Of a stretch of DNA of 64,000 nucleotides, positions 22,055 to 31,624 are shown one piece after another. This DNA comes from an uncultured bacterium. GTDB lineage: Bacteria; Edwardsbacteria; AC1; EtOH8. The notes below the pieces were generated by a model. The model saw nothing but the letters and a program-made list of their open reading frames with translations. It was not told where the DNA came from and made no database searches. Where the stretch lies: assembly GCA_963780225.1 (NCBI GenBank), contig CAWAAX010000014.1, positions 58,326 through 122,325 on the forward strand, read 5' to 3'. The number at the start of each line of letters is the position of its first letter. Within the stretch, counting starts at the first letter, position 1. Position numbers and translations under genes: made by a program.

Positions 22055-23416
22055 TTAAAAGTTCGTCTTGCCGGTAAAGTTGAACTTGTCTATCTTCAGG
22101 GCCGGAACCAGCGTCCCCGTGGCAAAGCGGTGCCCGTAACCTCCCCCTTCGGTGACCAGAGTGGTCTGGCGGGAAACCGCCGAAACATTGGATAGGGCCT
22201 TCAGCACGCTTTCGGTGAAACGCAGGTTCTTTACCGGTCTGGTGATCTTTCCGTTCTCTATCAGAAAGGTGCCGTCCCTGGTCATCCCGGTTATGGAGAC
22301 CTGCATGGGATCTATCAGGTTGCAGTAGTGAAAACGGGTGATGTATACCCCCCGTTCGGTGGAGGCGATCATCTTTTCCAGGGAGGAGTCCCCGCCCTTC
22401 ATTTCCAGATTGCCTGCCATCGGATAGTAGGCCGGGGCCGGCAGAGCATGCCCGGTGTTCTTCTGCTTGGCCTTGTTGGCGGTGAATGAGTCGTAGACCA
22501 CATTGCGGGCCACGCCTTTTTCGATCAGGGTCACCTTTTGCTTGGGCACGCCTTCAAAGTCGAAGGGAAAGGCAAAGCCGTGGTTATTGCGGGGATCATC
22601 GACTATGGTGACCTTTGGGCTGACGATCTTTTTCCCCATGTTCAGACCCATGAAACTGCGCCCCTCCTGGACCGCCATGGCAGAGAAACCGGTGTAATTG
22701 AGGAATTCCAGCAGGGTGATCACGGCCATGTCCTCCATCACCACCGGATAGACCCCTGGCTTTAGCTCCGCCGGATGCTGGCTCTCCACCGCCTTTTTGA
22801 CCGCGCTCTCGGCGATCTGTTTGATGTTGATCTTCGCCACATCCCGGGAGGCCCCCTGGCCGTAGCCGGAACCGGTTTCGGTCATCACCACGGTATTGAT
22901 GTTGGCATCGCTGGAACAGTTGTACTGCATTATTCCCAGCGAATTGGCGATTCCCAACTCCGCCACCCCGGTGGAAAAGGCCCCGTAGGCCTTGGCCCCG
23001 AATTTGTTGGCCCGGTCGCAGATAATTTTTACCGCCAAAGCCCTTTCCCGGGCCGTGTATCTTTCGGTGCGGGGGACCAGCAGGTTCCAGTTCCCGGTCT
23101 TTGCCTTTACCGGGGACGGCAAAGAGACAAAATCGGGATTCTCCTTCTGGATGGAGGCTATCTGGCAGGCCTGGCTGACGGTTCGTTTGATGGCCTCGGG
23201 GGTCAGGATGTTGGTGGAGGCCACCCCTATCTTTTTGCCGGTCACCGCCCGGATGGAAAGCAGGACATTGCTCTCGGACACGTTCTGGTGGATATATGAG
23301 TTGGCGAAACGGGTCAGGCGGGAGTCCTCCGCCATGATCACCGCCTCCAGCTGATCGGCCCGGGAAGTGGACAAGGCCAGCCTTAAGTATCCCTTGATTT
23401 TACCTTCGCCGTACAT
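22055..23416 (-). CDS. tldD: TldD/PmbA-family metalloprotease (TldD-like)
   Basis: 453 aa; TldD-type core around HESVGH...-like regions and conserved C-terminal GGGYGHRFATG / KNLRFTES segments; no adjacent TldE/PmbA partner. Confidence 0.75.
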   Translation of the reverse strand: MYGEGKIKGYLRLALSTSRADQLEAVIMAEDSRLTRFANSYIHQNVSESNVLLSIRAVTGKKIGVASTNILTPEAIKRTVSQACQIASIQKENPDFVSLPSPVKAKTGNWNLLVPRTERYTARERALAVKIICDRANKFGAKAYGAFSTGVAELGIANSLGIMQYNCSSDANINTVVMTETGSGYGQGASRDVAKINIKQIAESAVKKAVESQHPAELKPGVYPVVMEDMAVITLLEFLNYTGFSAMAVQEGRSFMGLNMGKKIVSPKVTIVDDPRNNHGFAFPFDFEGVPKQKVTLIEKGVARNVVYDSFTANKAKQKNTGHALPAPAYYPMAGNLEMKGGDSSLEKMIASTERGVYITRFHYCNLIDPMQVSITGMTRDGTFLIENGKITRPVKNLRFTESVLKALSNVSAVSRQTTLVTEGGGYGHRFATGTLVPALKIDKFNFTGKTNF

Positions 23417-23526
23417 TTTGGTTTCTCCGCAAAATAGATTTTAATTATAGCAGTATTTAAATGGCGCGTCAAGATGTTTTGCAACTAAAAGCCCCAAATA
23501 AATGACCGGACGGCAAGTTTACAATA

Positions 23527-24882
23527 TTACCATTTGTATCTGACGGTGTAGCTGAGGACGGTTTCCCCGTCTTTGGCCACCGGGACCCTGAATTCCACGG
23601 TCTGGGCGTCCTTTTTCTTGAACTCGTGGGTCTTGGACCTGATCTCCCAGTCTCCGGAAAGGTGCTCCACCACGATGATCTCGACCCCTTCATTCTTGTG
23701 GTTGCGCAGTTTGACCTCCACCGACTGTTCCTGGGTCCTTTCGTTGATCCGCTTGTATTCCCTGGGCGTACGCTCTCCCACTATGTCAAAGGCGCTGCCC
23801 AAAGTGATCCGCACCTTCTCGTCCTTGGGGGTGTGCTCGATCCGGTCCTCGCCCACGAACTGCTGGCTTTGGCCGTCGTCCTTTTTATAGACCCTTATCT
23901 TTCCGGCAGGCAGGGGCATCCCCAGCCCTGATCCTTTTTCGTTCCTGAACTCCAGCTGGACCGCGACCCTTTTGCCGCTGCCGGCCCCGTCATAGGTGAA
24001 AAGCTTTTTGCAGTCGGCCCTGGTGTTGGGGAAAAGGGATATCTGCTTGACCTCGTTATTGGCCACGGTGGCTTTGCGCTGCAGGGTGTAAAGATGGTAT
24101 TCGAAAAAACTCTCTTCTTCAAACTGCGGAGAGGCCGACTGAAGGTCGGCCTTTGCCGCGGAATATCTGCGTTGCGGCCCCTGGGCCCGGTTGATGTCCC
24201 CCGCCACCAGCTTAAGCCGGGCCTGCTGAAAAGACGCTCCGGAGTTGTTCTCCAGCGAGACCCAGGCCCCCAGGTCCAATGTCTTCTCATCCTCCGCCAG
24301 CAGCGCCACATATTCGGCGTGCCAGGAGATCCCGGCGGTCAGGTATGATATCCGGCATTTTTGGGAGGCCGGGCCCTGGTTGTCCACCAGCCACATCAGG
24401 GTGGGCCGGGTGATCAGGCCCTGGGGCAGGTTGGGGAACTCAAAGTTCTGAAGGTTATCGGTCAGCCTCAGGGTGATGATGTTGCTGCCGGTGTTCAATA
24501 CGATGTTGGCCCCGTCGTAGGCCAAAAGTTTTCCTTCATAAACCTTGCCCCCGGCTCCATAGGCCTTGATATTCTGGTCTATGTAACGCTCCAGCAGCTT
24601 GGCGGCCCCCACCAGGTCATACTGGTAATTCTGCTCCAGTACCGCCACCTTGTCGGGATCGGAAAGAGACTGAAAAAAGACCGAAGTAGCGTCGATCTGG
24701 GAGGGAACATCGGTGATCTTGATCTCAGAAGTCCCTTTTTTCAGGCTGAGCTGCCGGACCTCGCTTACCAACCCAAGATTGTTGTTGTATACGGTCAGGC
24801 TTATCTCCCGGTCATCCTGGCCCGCAGCGGCCGATGAAGCCAACACAAATATTGGCAGAATCATCCGCAGGATATTCTTCAT
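23527..24882 (-). CDS. secreted hypothetical protein (DUF4139/DUF4140-like architecture)
   Basis: Start trimmed to the ATG at 24880-24882 (MKNILRMILPIFVLASSAAAG, signal peptide) preceded by a GGGAGG SD; no catalytic motif recognised. Confidence 0.45.
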   Translation of the reverse strand: MKNILRMILPIFVLASSAAAGQDDREISLTVYNNNLGLVSEVRQLSLKKGTSEIKITDVPSQIDATSVFFQSLSDPDKVAVLEQNYQYDLVGAAKLLERYIDQNIKAYGAGGKVYEGKLLAYDGANIVLNTGSNIITLRLTDNLQNFEFPNLPQGLITRPTLMWLVDNQGPASQKCRISYLTAGISWHAEYVALLAEDEKTLDLGAWVSLENNSGASFQQARLKLVAGDINRAQGPQRRYSAAKADLQSASPQFEEESFFEYHLYTLQRKATVANNEVKQISLFPNTRADCKKLFTYDGAGSGKRVAVQLEFRNEKGSGLGMPLPAGKIRVYKKDDGQSQQFVGEDRIEHTPKDEKVRITLGSAFDIVGERTPREYKRINERTQEQSVEVKLRNHKNEGVEIIVVEHLSGDWEIRSKTHEFKKKDAQTVEFRVPVAKDGETVLSYTVRYKW

Positions 24883-24998
24883 GGCGTTAACCTCCCGTGG
24901 TTTATTGGCGTTTCTGTTGCTGTTCAAGTATATTTCAAATTGGCCTTGCAGTCAAGCAAATAAAGACTTCGTCAGCCGGCCACTTAAGCTTGATTTTC

Positions 24999-25027
24999 TT
25001 GACTTATCTCCGGAAAACTGCTAAAAT
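24999..25027 (+). promoter_or_regulatory. sigma70-type promoter TTGACT-N17-TAAAAT for the plus-strand tRNA-Cys/tRNA-Leu unit
   Basis: Direct reading of cttgacttatctccggaaaactgctaaaatt about 140 nt upstream of tRNA-Cys. Confidence 0.4.
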
Positions 25028-25168
25028 TACCACTTGTATTTAGGCGGCCCCTCGCCAGCCAGGCAAGGAGCTCGCCTCGGGACAAGGAAGTACAAATATA
25101 AAAGCAAGGCGGCCCTTCAAAGGCAAAGCAAGGGGTCGTTCTCAGGACAGAAGCAATAATATTAGTCA

Positions 25169-25243
25169 GGCGGCTTAGCCAAGTGGTAAGGCGACGGTCT
25201 GCAAAACCGTTATTCAGCGGTTCGAACCCGCTAGCCGCCTCCA
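25169..25243 (+). tRNA. tRNA-Cys (anticodon GCA)
   Basis: GGCGGCTTAGCCAAGTGGTAAGGCGACGGTCTGCAAAACCGTT...GGTTCGAACCCGCTAGCCGCCTCCA; 7-bp acceptor stem, anticodon loop CTGCAAA. Confidence 0.85.
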
Positions 25244-25313
25244 GTTATCAAAGGCTCACAGATCATTAGTATGCCTTAGCATTTTGCTATATTACTGGTG
25301 ACAAAAAGAAACT

Positions 25314-25400
25314 GCCGGGGTGGCGGAACTGGCAGACGCAAGGGACTTAAAATCCCTCGATCTACAGATCGTGTCGGTTCGACTCCGACCCTCGGCACCA
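25314..25400 (+). tRNA. tRNA-Leu (anticodon TAA), class II
   Basis: GCCGGGGTGGCGGAACTGGCAGACGCAAGGGACTTAAAATCCCTC...GGTTCGACTCCGACCCTCGGCACCA; long variable arm. Confidence 0.85.
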
Positions 25401-25486
25401 GCACTCAAGTTCAGCCCCTTCCCGATGAACCGGGAAGGGGCTGTTTGTTTTCATTGTTGTTGAGTTGGGCAATTTTCCCATAAAAA

Positions 25487-25510
25487 ATCCCTCCCCAAAC
25501 GGGGAGGGAT
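25487..25510. terminator. bidirectional terminator hairpin between convergent tRNA-Leu and tRNA-Gly
   Basis: atccctcccc-aaac-ggggagggat is a perfect 10-bp stem flanked by A-run/T-run. Confidence 0.55.
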
Positions 25511-25524
25511 TCGCTTGATTTTTA

Positions 25525-25599
25525 TGGAGCGGGCGAAGGGATTTAAACCCTCGACGTCCACCTTGGCAAGGTGGCACTCTATCACTGAGCTACGCCCGC
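25525..25599 (-). tRNA. tRNA-Gly (anticodon GCC)
   Basis: Reverse complement GCGGGCGTAGCTCAGTGATAGAGTGCCACCTTGCCAAGGTGGACGTCGAGGGTTTAAATCCCTCGCCCGCTCCA. Confidence 0.85.
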
Positions 25600-25656
25600 A
25601 TTGTTGGTAATTATACTCAAAGAAACAAAATATGTCAAGATTATAAAATGCTTTTT

Positions 25657-26541
25657 TTATCGGACCATCCGGTACTGCAAACGCACCCCGCTGTTGTCCA
25701 GGTTCGAGATCTCGTCCACCCCTTTCACCAGCAGGTCGAACAAGGTGGGCTTTTTCTTGCGCTCCCGGAAGATCTTTGGCTTTTCTTTTAATCCGGCCAT
25801 CCCGGCCGCCAGGGTTATGGCATCCTCCAGCGTTCCCATCTTATCCACCAGCCGCAGGGCCAGGGCCTGGCGCCCGCTGAACACCCGGCCGTCGGCGAAT
25901 GATCTGACCGAGTCGGGGGAAAGCTGGCGGCCCTCGGCCACGGCCTCTATGAACTGGCCGTGAACGTCGTCTATCATGCTTTGGAGCAGTGCCCTTTCCT
26001 CCGGCGTCATCTGGCGGAAGGGGGAGCCCAGGTCCTTGTTCTGGCCGGCCTTCAGCACTTCAAACTTCAAGCCTACCTTTTTGATCAGATCCTCGGCCAC
26101 CATGAATTCCATGATCACCCCGATGGAACCGGTCAGGGTGCCAGGATTGGCCACTATGGAGTCGCAGGCGCAGGCTATGTAATATCCGCCCGAGGCCGCC
26201 ACCTCGCCCATGGAACAGACCACCGGTTTGGCGGACCTGGCATTCTTGACGGCCTGGTATATCTCCTGAGAAGCCGCCACCCCGCCGCCAGGGCTCTGGA
26301 CCCTCAGCACTATGGCCTTGATGGCGTTGTTGTCCCGGTATTTTTTTATGAGGTTGACCGTTTCATCCGGGGAAACTATGGCTCCGTTCACTTCCACGAT
26401 CCCCACGTATTTCCCGTAGCTGACCTCCATCCCGCCGCTCTGGGAGAACGATGACCAGACGATGGCCGCCATGGTCAGCCCGAACAGCAGCACTCCGGCC
26501 GTTATCAGGACTATGAAGAATATTTTTTTACCCGAGGCCAT
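25657..26541 (-). CDS. sppA: signal peptide peptidase SppA (S49 family, 36K type)
   Basis: 294 aa; N-terminal TM helix; S49 catalytic Ser region (CSMGEVAASGGYYIA) and conserved Lys region. Confidence 0.8.
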   Translation of the reverse strand: MASGKKIFFIVLITAGVLLFGLTMAAIVWSSFSQSGGMEVSYGKYVGIVEVNGAIVSPDETVNLIKKYRDNNAIKAIVLRVQSPGGGVAASQEIYQAVKNARSAKPVVCSMGEVAASGGYYIACACDSIVANPGTLTGSIGVIMEFMVAEDLIKKVGLKFEVLKAGQNKDLGSPFRQMTPEERALLQSMIDDVHGQFIEAVAEGRQLSPDSVRSFADGRVFSGRQALALRLVDKMGTLEDAITLAAGMAGLKEKPKIFRERKKKPTLFDLLVKGVDEISNLDNSGVRLQYRMVR

Positions 26542-26566
26542 GATCCCTCCTTAATTTTCCGGGGTT

Positions 26567-27655
26567 TTATTGTGGGGACATTTTACCGATCTCAGCCAGC
26601 AGTCTTTCCACCATCATTTTTTCGTCAACCATCTCCACTACCTTTCCCTTTTTAAACAGCAGCCCCTTCCCGTTGCTGCCTCCCGCTATCCCGAGATCGG
26701 CCTGGCGGGCCTCGCCCGGCCCGTTGACGGCGCATCCCATCACTGCGATCTTCAACGGGGTTTTGATGTTCTTGATCTTTCTCTCCACCTGGCCGGCGAT
26801 CCCGGCCACATCTATCCTGGCCCGGCCGCAGGTAGGGCAGGCCAGCACCACCGGCCCGAAACTTCCCAGGTCCAGGGACTGCAGGATTATCCGGGCCGCC
26901 TCCACTTCCTTTACCGGGTCGCCGGAAAGCGAGACCCGGACGGTATCCCCGATGCCCTGCGACAGGAGCGATCCGATTCCCACCGCCGAGCGGATGGCCC
27001 CGGCATAGACCGTGCCGGCCTCGGTGATCCCCAGATGCAGGGGGTATTTGGATCTCCGGGACATTATACGATAAGCCTCAATGGTCATGGGCACTTCCGA
27101 GCCCTTGAGCGAGATCACGATATCGGTAAAGTCCAGATCTTCAAGGATAGCGACATGCCGCAAAGCGCTTTCCACCAGCCCTAATGCGGTGGGGCGGCCG
27201 TGCCTGGCCAGGATGTCATTTTCCAGCGACCCGGCATTGACCCCGATCCTGATGGGTACGCCTCTCTGGGCGGCGGCTTTGACCACCTGTTTTATCTTGT
27301 TCCTGGAGCCGATGTTGCCGGGATTTATCCGCAGTTTGTCGATCCCGGCCTCCAGGGCCAGCAAGGCCAGGCGGTGGTCAAAATGAATGTCGGCCACCAG
27401 CGGCAGTTTGGTCCCCTGCCGGATCTGTTTTAAGGCCCGGGCCGCAGCCTGGTCAGGCACGGCCAGGCGGATGATCTGGCAGCCGGCCTTTTCCAGCCTT
27501 TTGATCTGGGCCAAAGTGGACCTCAGGTCGAAGGTATCGGTGTTGGTCATGGACTGGATGGCAATGGGGTTATGCCCGCCGATCGAGATCCCGCCTATTT
27601 TAACCGTTTTGGTCTTGGTCCTGGGATGGAACAGGTATGTGTAGCTTTTGCTCAT
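26567..27655 (-). CDS. ispG: 4-hydroxy-3-methylbut-2-en-1-yl diphosphate synthase (IspG/GcpE)
   Basis: Conserved GcpE motifs (IQSMTNT, CPTCGR 4Fe-4S cysteines); start trimmed to the ATG at 27653-27655 (MSKSYTYLF...). Confidence 0.85.
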   Translation of the reverse strand: MSKSYTYLFHPRTKTKTVKIGGISIGGHNPIAIQSMTNTDTFDLRSTLAQIKRLEKAGCQIIRLAVPDQAAARALKQIRQGTKLPLVADIHFDHRLALLALEAGIDKLRINPGNIGSRNKIKQVVKAAAQRGVPIRIGVNAGSLENDILARHGRPTALGLVESALRHVAILEDLDFTDIVISLKGSEVPMTIEAYRIMSRRSKYPLHLGITEAGTVYAGAIRSAVGIGSLLSQGIGDTVRVSLSGDPVKEVEAARIILQSLDLGSFGPVVLACPTCGRARIDVAGIAGQVERKIKNIKTPLKIAVMGCAVNGPGEARQADLGIAGGSNGKGLLFKKGKVVEMVDEKMMVERLLAEIGKMSPQ

Positions 27656-27725
27656 GGAGGAATTATATCCGTTGGACGGTTTGTTTTCAACCAAAATAAT
27701 TGATACAGTATCCTGCCCTTTAAAA

Positions 27726-27756
27726 AAAGATGGCAGCCTTATCAAGCTGCCATCTT
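27726..27756 (-). terminator. rho-independent terminator of the TPR-lipoprotein gene
   Basis: aagatggcagc-cttatcaa-gctgccatctt hairpin followed on the minus strand by a T-run. Confidence 0.5.
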
Positions 27757-27775
27757 TGGGAAGCAAAACAACAGA

Positions 27776-28930
27776 TTATTTTTTCTCCAGATCCTTGGCT
27801 TTTTTGAGAGCAGCATCAGCTTCGGACTTAAGGTTCATCTTTCTGTAAACTTGAGCCAGGCTTCCCCAATATTCTGCCGATTCCGGTTTAAGAGTTACCA
27901 GGGTTTTGTAGGCCTCCATGGCTTTTTGGTAATCCTTAACCTTTTCGGACAAATATCCCACAAATACCCAGGCTTCCAGGTCTTTATTATCGATCTTCAC
28001 CACTTTGTCAAAATTTTCGGCCGCTTTTTCGTAGTCCTTGGCGCTGTAGTATGCCTGACCCAGATTATACCAGGCGTTCTTATTGTTGGGATCGATTACT
28101 GAAGAAGTAGTGAAGGATTGAATTGCTTCCTGGTATTTGTTCATCTGCAGGTAGGCGCTTCCCAGAAAATAAAAACTTAAAAAGTCATCCTTCTTTAAGC
28201 CAGCAGCTTTGTTCAGTACCTCGATAGCTTCGGGGTACATTTTTTTCTGCATGTATATTTTCCCCAGTTCCAGATATCCCTCGAAGTCATCCTTCTTCAA
28301 TTCCAAATATTTAGTGAAATAAATAACCGCTTCGTTCTGGTTCCCGCCCTGAGCCGCATTCTTGCCGATGATGTAATAAAGCTTGACATTGGTGGGATCC
28401 ATTTTGATGGCTTTCTCGAACATCTTTTTGGATTCCTCGGTATTTCCGCTGATACTGTAATACGAACCGTAAACCGCATAATTGTCGGCTTTGTCGGGGG
28501 CAAAATCCACTGCCTGATTCAGGTATTTAAGGGCGTTATCCGAATAGGCTTTGACCGATTCCGGAGCCACCACAGCCATCTGTTTCATATTCTTCTGGGC
28601 GCTGCCGAGCAATAAACCCCATTCAAAATCACGGGCCTTAATCAGGGAATCTTTTTTGTCGGGCCAGTTCTTGATGGCCATTTCATAAGCCGGGCCGGCT
28701 TCTTTGAACTGCCGGGTGGTAACGTAACATTGGGCCAATAAAGCATAATACTGTCCGTTGCCCGGGGTTTGGGCGATGCCATCATTAAGCACCCTGATGG
28801 CGCCTTCGTAGTCATTCTGCTGGATGTGAACCAGGGCCCCGCTGAGTATGGCATCGCAGCCCATCAGCATGAAACTCATACCCACCATCGCCACGATCAA
28901 GGCGGCCAGGGAAAACCACTGTTTCCTCAT
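27776..28930 (-). CDS. TPR-repeat lipoprotein
   Basis: Multiple 34-aa TPR units (AxxYxxLGxAYxxxxxYxxAxxxFxKAxxLxP pattern) and a lipobox LMGC. The ORF-track start is a TTG; the probable true start is MRKQWF near 28930. Confidence 0.6.
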   Translation of the reverse strand: MRKQWFSLAALIVAMVGMSFMLMGCDAILSGALVHIQQNDYEGAIRVLNDGIAQTPGNGQYYALLAQCYVTTRQFKEAGPAYEMAIKNWPDKKDSLIKARDFEWGLLLGSAQKNMKQMAVVAPESVKAYSDNALKYLNQAVDFAPDKADNYAVYGSYYSISGNTEESKKMFEKAIKMDPTNVKLYYIIGKNAAQGGNQNEAVIYFTKYLELKKDDFEGYLELGKIYMQKKMYPEAIEVLNKAAGLKKDDFLSFYFLGSAYLQMNKYQEAIQSFTTSSVIDPNNKNAWYNLGQAYYSAKDYEKAAENFDKVVKIDNKDLEAWVFVGYLSEKVKDYQKAMEAYKTLVTLKPESAEYWGSLAQVYRKMNLKSEADAALKKAKDLEKK

Positions 28931-29014
28931 TGTCGGATTCCTTTTAAATTTATGAAATAATTGGTTGATTTTCATTGCTACGATCTCTAATTTTAACTCC
29001 AAAAAACCTCAAAG

Positions 29015-29770
29015 TCAAGCAAAAGATTGGCCCCGTAATGTTTTATTGACCCGGTCCAGGTCTGCCGGAGTGTCTACCGCCAATGGGCGGTATCCGGTTT
29101 TTATGAGTTTGATCTTTATACCGTGCTCCAACGCCCGTAATTGTTCCAGTTTCTCGGCTTTTTCCATAGCAGACTGGGGCCAGGATATCAGCTTTAACAG
29201 AGTATCGCGGCGGTAGGCGTAAATGCCCATATGTTTCAGGTAATGCGAAAGATTTAGAACTCCTTCCCGGCTGCCGGGGATGACCGACCGGGAAAAATAC
29301 AGGGCATAACCTAGCTCATCCGCCACCACCTTGGCGGTATTGGGGCTCAACAGGTCCCTTTTGTCATTGAAGTTTCCAACCAATGTTGCCATCTCAGGTT
29401 TGCTGCTGCCGGACATGGCCCCGGCCAGAAGGTCAATGGCCTTGGGGTCTATCAGCGGCTCATCTCCTTGGATGTTGATGATGACATCAAATCTTAAGCT
29501 CCTAGTCTCTTTTTTTTTCAGGGCCTCGGCCATCCGGTCGGTGCCCGACCGGTGCTTTTTGGAGGTCATTACAGCCAGGCCGCCGAAATCTGTGACGCAG
29601 TCATATATTCTTCTGTCATCAGTAGCCACCAGCAGTTGATCCAGGGATTTTGCCTTAAGACAGCGCTGGTAGACATGCCAGATCATGGGTCTTCCCCGGA
29701 TATCCGCCAGCGGCTTACCGGGAAACCTGGTAGACCCGTAACGGGCCGGTATGATTCCAATAGTTCTCAT
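29015..29770 (-). CDS. kdsB: 3-deoxy-manno-octulosonate cytidylyltransferase (CMP-Kdo synthetase)
   Basis: MRTIGIIPARYGSTRFPGKPLADIRGRPMIWHVY is the canonical KdsB N-terminus; 251 aa. Confidence 0.85.
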   Translation of the reverse strand: MRTIGIIPARYGSTRFPGKPLADIRGRPMIWHVYQRCLKAKSLDQLLVATDDRRIYDCVTDFGGLAVMTSKKHRSGTDRMAEALKKKETRSLRFDVIINIQGDEPLIDPKAIDLLAGAMSGSSKPEMATLVGNFNDKRDLLSPNTAKVVADELGYALYFSRSVIPGSREGVLNLSHYLKHMGIYAYRRDTLLKLISWPQSAMEKAEKLEQLRALEHGIKIKLIKTGYRPLAVDTPADLDRVNKTLRGQSFA

Positions 29771-29812
29771 TCGCTACGCTTACATTTGTCTGAGTTTATC
29801 CTGCAGGTAAGA

Positions 29813-29848
29813 AAGCGGGAAGACGGAAAACTGTTTTTCCGTCTTCCC
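29813..29848 (-). terminator. terminator hairpin downstream of pckA
   Basis: gggaagacggaaaa-ctg-tttttccgtcttccc is a perfect 14-bp stem. Confidence 0.45.
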
Positions 29849-29865
29849 GGTGGGGTGCTTTTGGA

Positions 29866-31446
29866 TCAGGCCTTGGGGCCGGCTTCCTGGATATCCTTGG
29901 AAGCATAGCTTTTGTATTGTTCGAAATTCTTGGCGAACATGGCGGCCAGTTCCTTAGCCTTTTTATCATAAGAGGCTTTGTCTGACCAGGTATTCTTGGG
30001 AGCCAGCACCTCGGACGGGACCCCGGGACAGGAGTCGGGAACCAGGATGTTGAAGATCGGATCGGCAGTGAACTTTGATTTCTCCAAATTACCGTCCAGG
30101 GCCGCTGTCAGCAAAGCCCGGGTGATGGAGATCTTCATCCGTTTTCCGGTTCCTACCGGGCCGCCGGACCAGCCGGTGTTCACCAGCCAGCAGTTGGCCT
30201 TATGCTGGGAAAGACACTGGGCCAGCATCTCGGCGTATTTTGTCGGCTGCAAGGGCATGAAGGGCGCGCCAAAGCAGGTGGAAAAAGTGGGCTGGGGCTC
30301 GGTGACGCCGCTCTCGGTCCCGGCCAGTTTGGCTGTAAAACCGGAAAGGAAGTGGTAGCTGGCCATGGCCGGGGTCAGCTTGGCTATGGGAGGCAAAACC
30401 CCGAAGGCATCGCAGGTCAAAAAGAACACATTCTTGGGGTGGCCGCCTACTCCCGGGATCACGCAGTTGGGAATATGCTCGACCGGATAGGTGGCCCGGG
30501 TATTCTCGGTGATGGCATCGGAATTGTAATCTATCAGCCGGGTATCCGGATCCACCACCACATTCTCCAGCAGTGACCCGAACCGGATGGCATTGAATAT
30601 CTGGGGCTCGGCCTCGGCCGAAAGTTTGATGACCTTGGCATAGCATCCGCCCTCAAAATTGAAGATGCCGGCATCGGACCAGCCGTGCTCGTCGTCGCCT
30701 ATCAGCCGGCGGTTGGGATCGGCCGACAGGGTGGTCTTGCCGGTGCCGGAGAGGCCGAAGAACAATGCGGTTTCCCCGTCTTTGCCCACATTGGCCGAGC
30801 AGTGCATGGGAAATACCTGGTGCTGGGGCATCAGGTAATTCATGATGGTGAAGATGCTTTTCTTGATCTCGCCGCCGTACATCGAGCCGATCACCAGGTT
30901 GATCTTCTTCTCAAAGCTGACCCCCACGAAAACGCTGGATTTGGTTCCGTCTGTCTTGGGGTCGGCCTTCAGGCTGCCGCAGCCCATCACGGTAAAACCG
31001 GGCACGAAGTTTTCTAGCTCCTGTGCGGTGGGCCGGATGAACAGGGTATTGGCGAATAGGGCGTGCCAGATGGTGTCGGTGATCACCCGGACCGCCAGCC
31101 GGTATTTGGGATCGCCGCCGGCGAAGCCGTCAAAAACGTATATATCCTTGTCATTCAAGTAATCGTGGGATTTTTCCAAAAGCTTGTCGAACTGCTCCGG
31201 CGGACATTTGACATTGACCTTGCCCCAGGCTATCTGGTCCTTGATGGACGGTTCCTCGGCTATGAACTTGTCGTTGGGCGAGCGCCCGGTCCGTTCCCCG
31301 GTCTTGACCACCAGGGTCCCGTTGGAGGCCAGAATGCCGTCTCCGGCAGCCAGCGATCTCTCTATCAAAACCGAGGCCGGCAGGTTGCGGTAGATGTTTT
31401 TGGTGGTCTTGATGCCCGCCACCTCCAGTTCTTTCCTGATGTCCAT
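29866..31446 (-). CDS. pckA: phosphoenolpyruvate carboxykinase (ATP)
   Basis: 526 aa; kinase-1a P-loop GLSGTGKTTLS and conserved PEPCK-ATP regions (FNFEGGCYAK, GWSGGPVG). Confidence 0.9.
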   Translation of the reverse strand: MDIRKELEVAGIKTTKNIYRNLPASVLIERSLAAGDGILASNGTLVVKTGERTGRSPNDKFIAEEPSIKDQIAWGKVNVKCPPEQFDKLLEKSHDYLNDKDIYVFDGFAGGDPKYRLAVRVITDTIWHALFANTLFIRPTAQELENFVPGFTVMGCGSLKADPKTDGTKSSVFVGVSFEKKINLVIGSMYGGEIKKSIFTIMNYLMPQHQVFPMHCSANVGKDGETALFFGLSGTGKTTLSADPNRRLIGDDEHGWSDAGIFNFEGGCYAKVIKLSAEAEPQIFNAIRFGSLLENVVVDPDTRLIDYNSDAITENTRATYPVEHIPNCVIPGVGGHPKNVFFLTCDAFGVLPPIAKLTPAMASYHFLSGFTAKLAGTESGVTEPQPTFSTCFGAPFMPLQPTKYAEMLAQCLSQHKANCWLVNTGWSGGPVGTGKRMKISITRALLTAALDGNLEKSKFTADPIFNILVPDSCPGVPSEVLAPKNTWSDKASYDKKAKELAAMFAKNFEQYKSYASKDIQEAGPKA

Positions 31447-31570
31447 AGTGCCTGAAACTCCTTTTAATTTATTGGATATTGATTTTACTGCTCAATATGG
31501 CCCCGCCCGTTCCCTAAATATTTTTGCTGAAACGATAAATATCCGTCTAACTTGAAACCTGTTAATTTTT

Positions 31571-31599
31571 ATTATAAATCTTTTGCCCGGTTTTTGCAA
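31571..31599 (-). promoter_or_regulatory. consensus sigma70 promoter TTGCAA-N17-TATAAT upstream of pckA
   Basis: Minus-strand reading cTTGCAAaaaccgggcaaaagattTATAATaaaa about 125 nt upstream of the pckA ATG. Confidence 0.5.
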
Positions 31600-31624
31600 G
31601 AGGGAAACCGGCCCCGGCCGCTTT

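Noticed and set aside
27776-29002. ORF-track N-termini that begin at non-ATG codons or far upstream (TPR protein TTG start at 29002; kinase 7507; gmd 21122; ugd 17489; ispG 27766; wzx 9811; DUF4139-like 24927)
   Set aside because: Each has an internal ATG with a good SD that abuts or minimally overlaps the upstream stop codon. The longer forms would overlap neighbouring genes by 100-200 nt. Starts were trimmed in the feature table.
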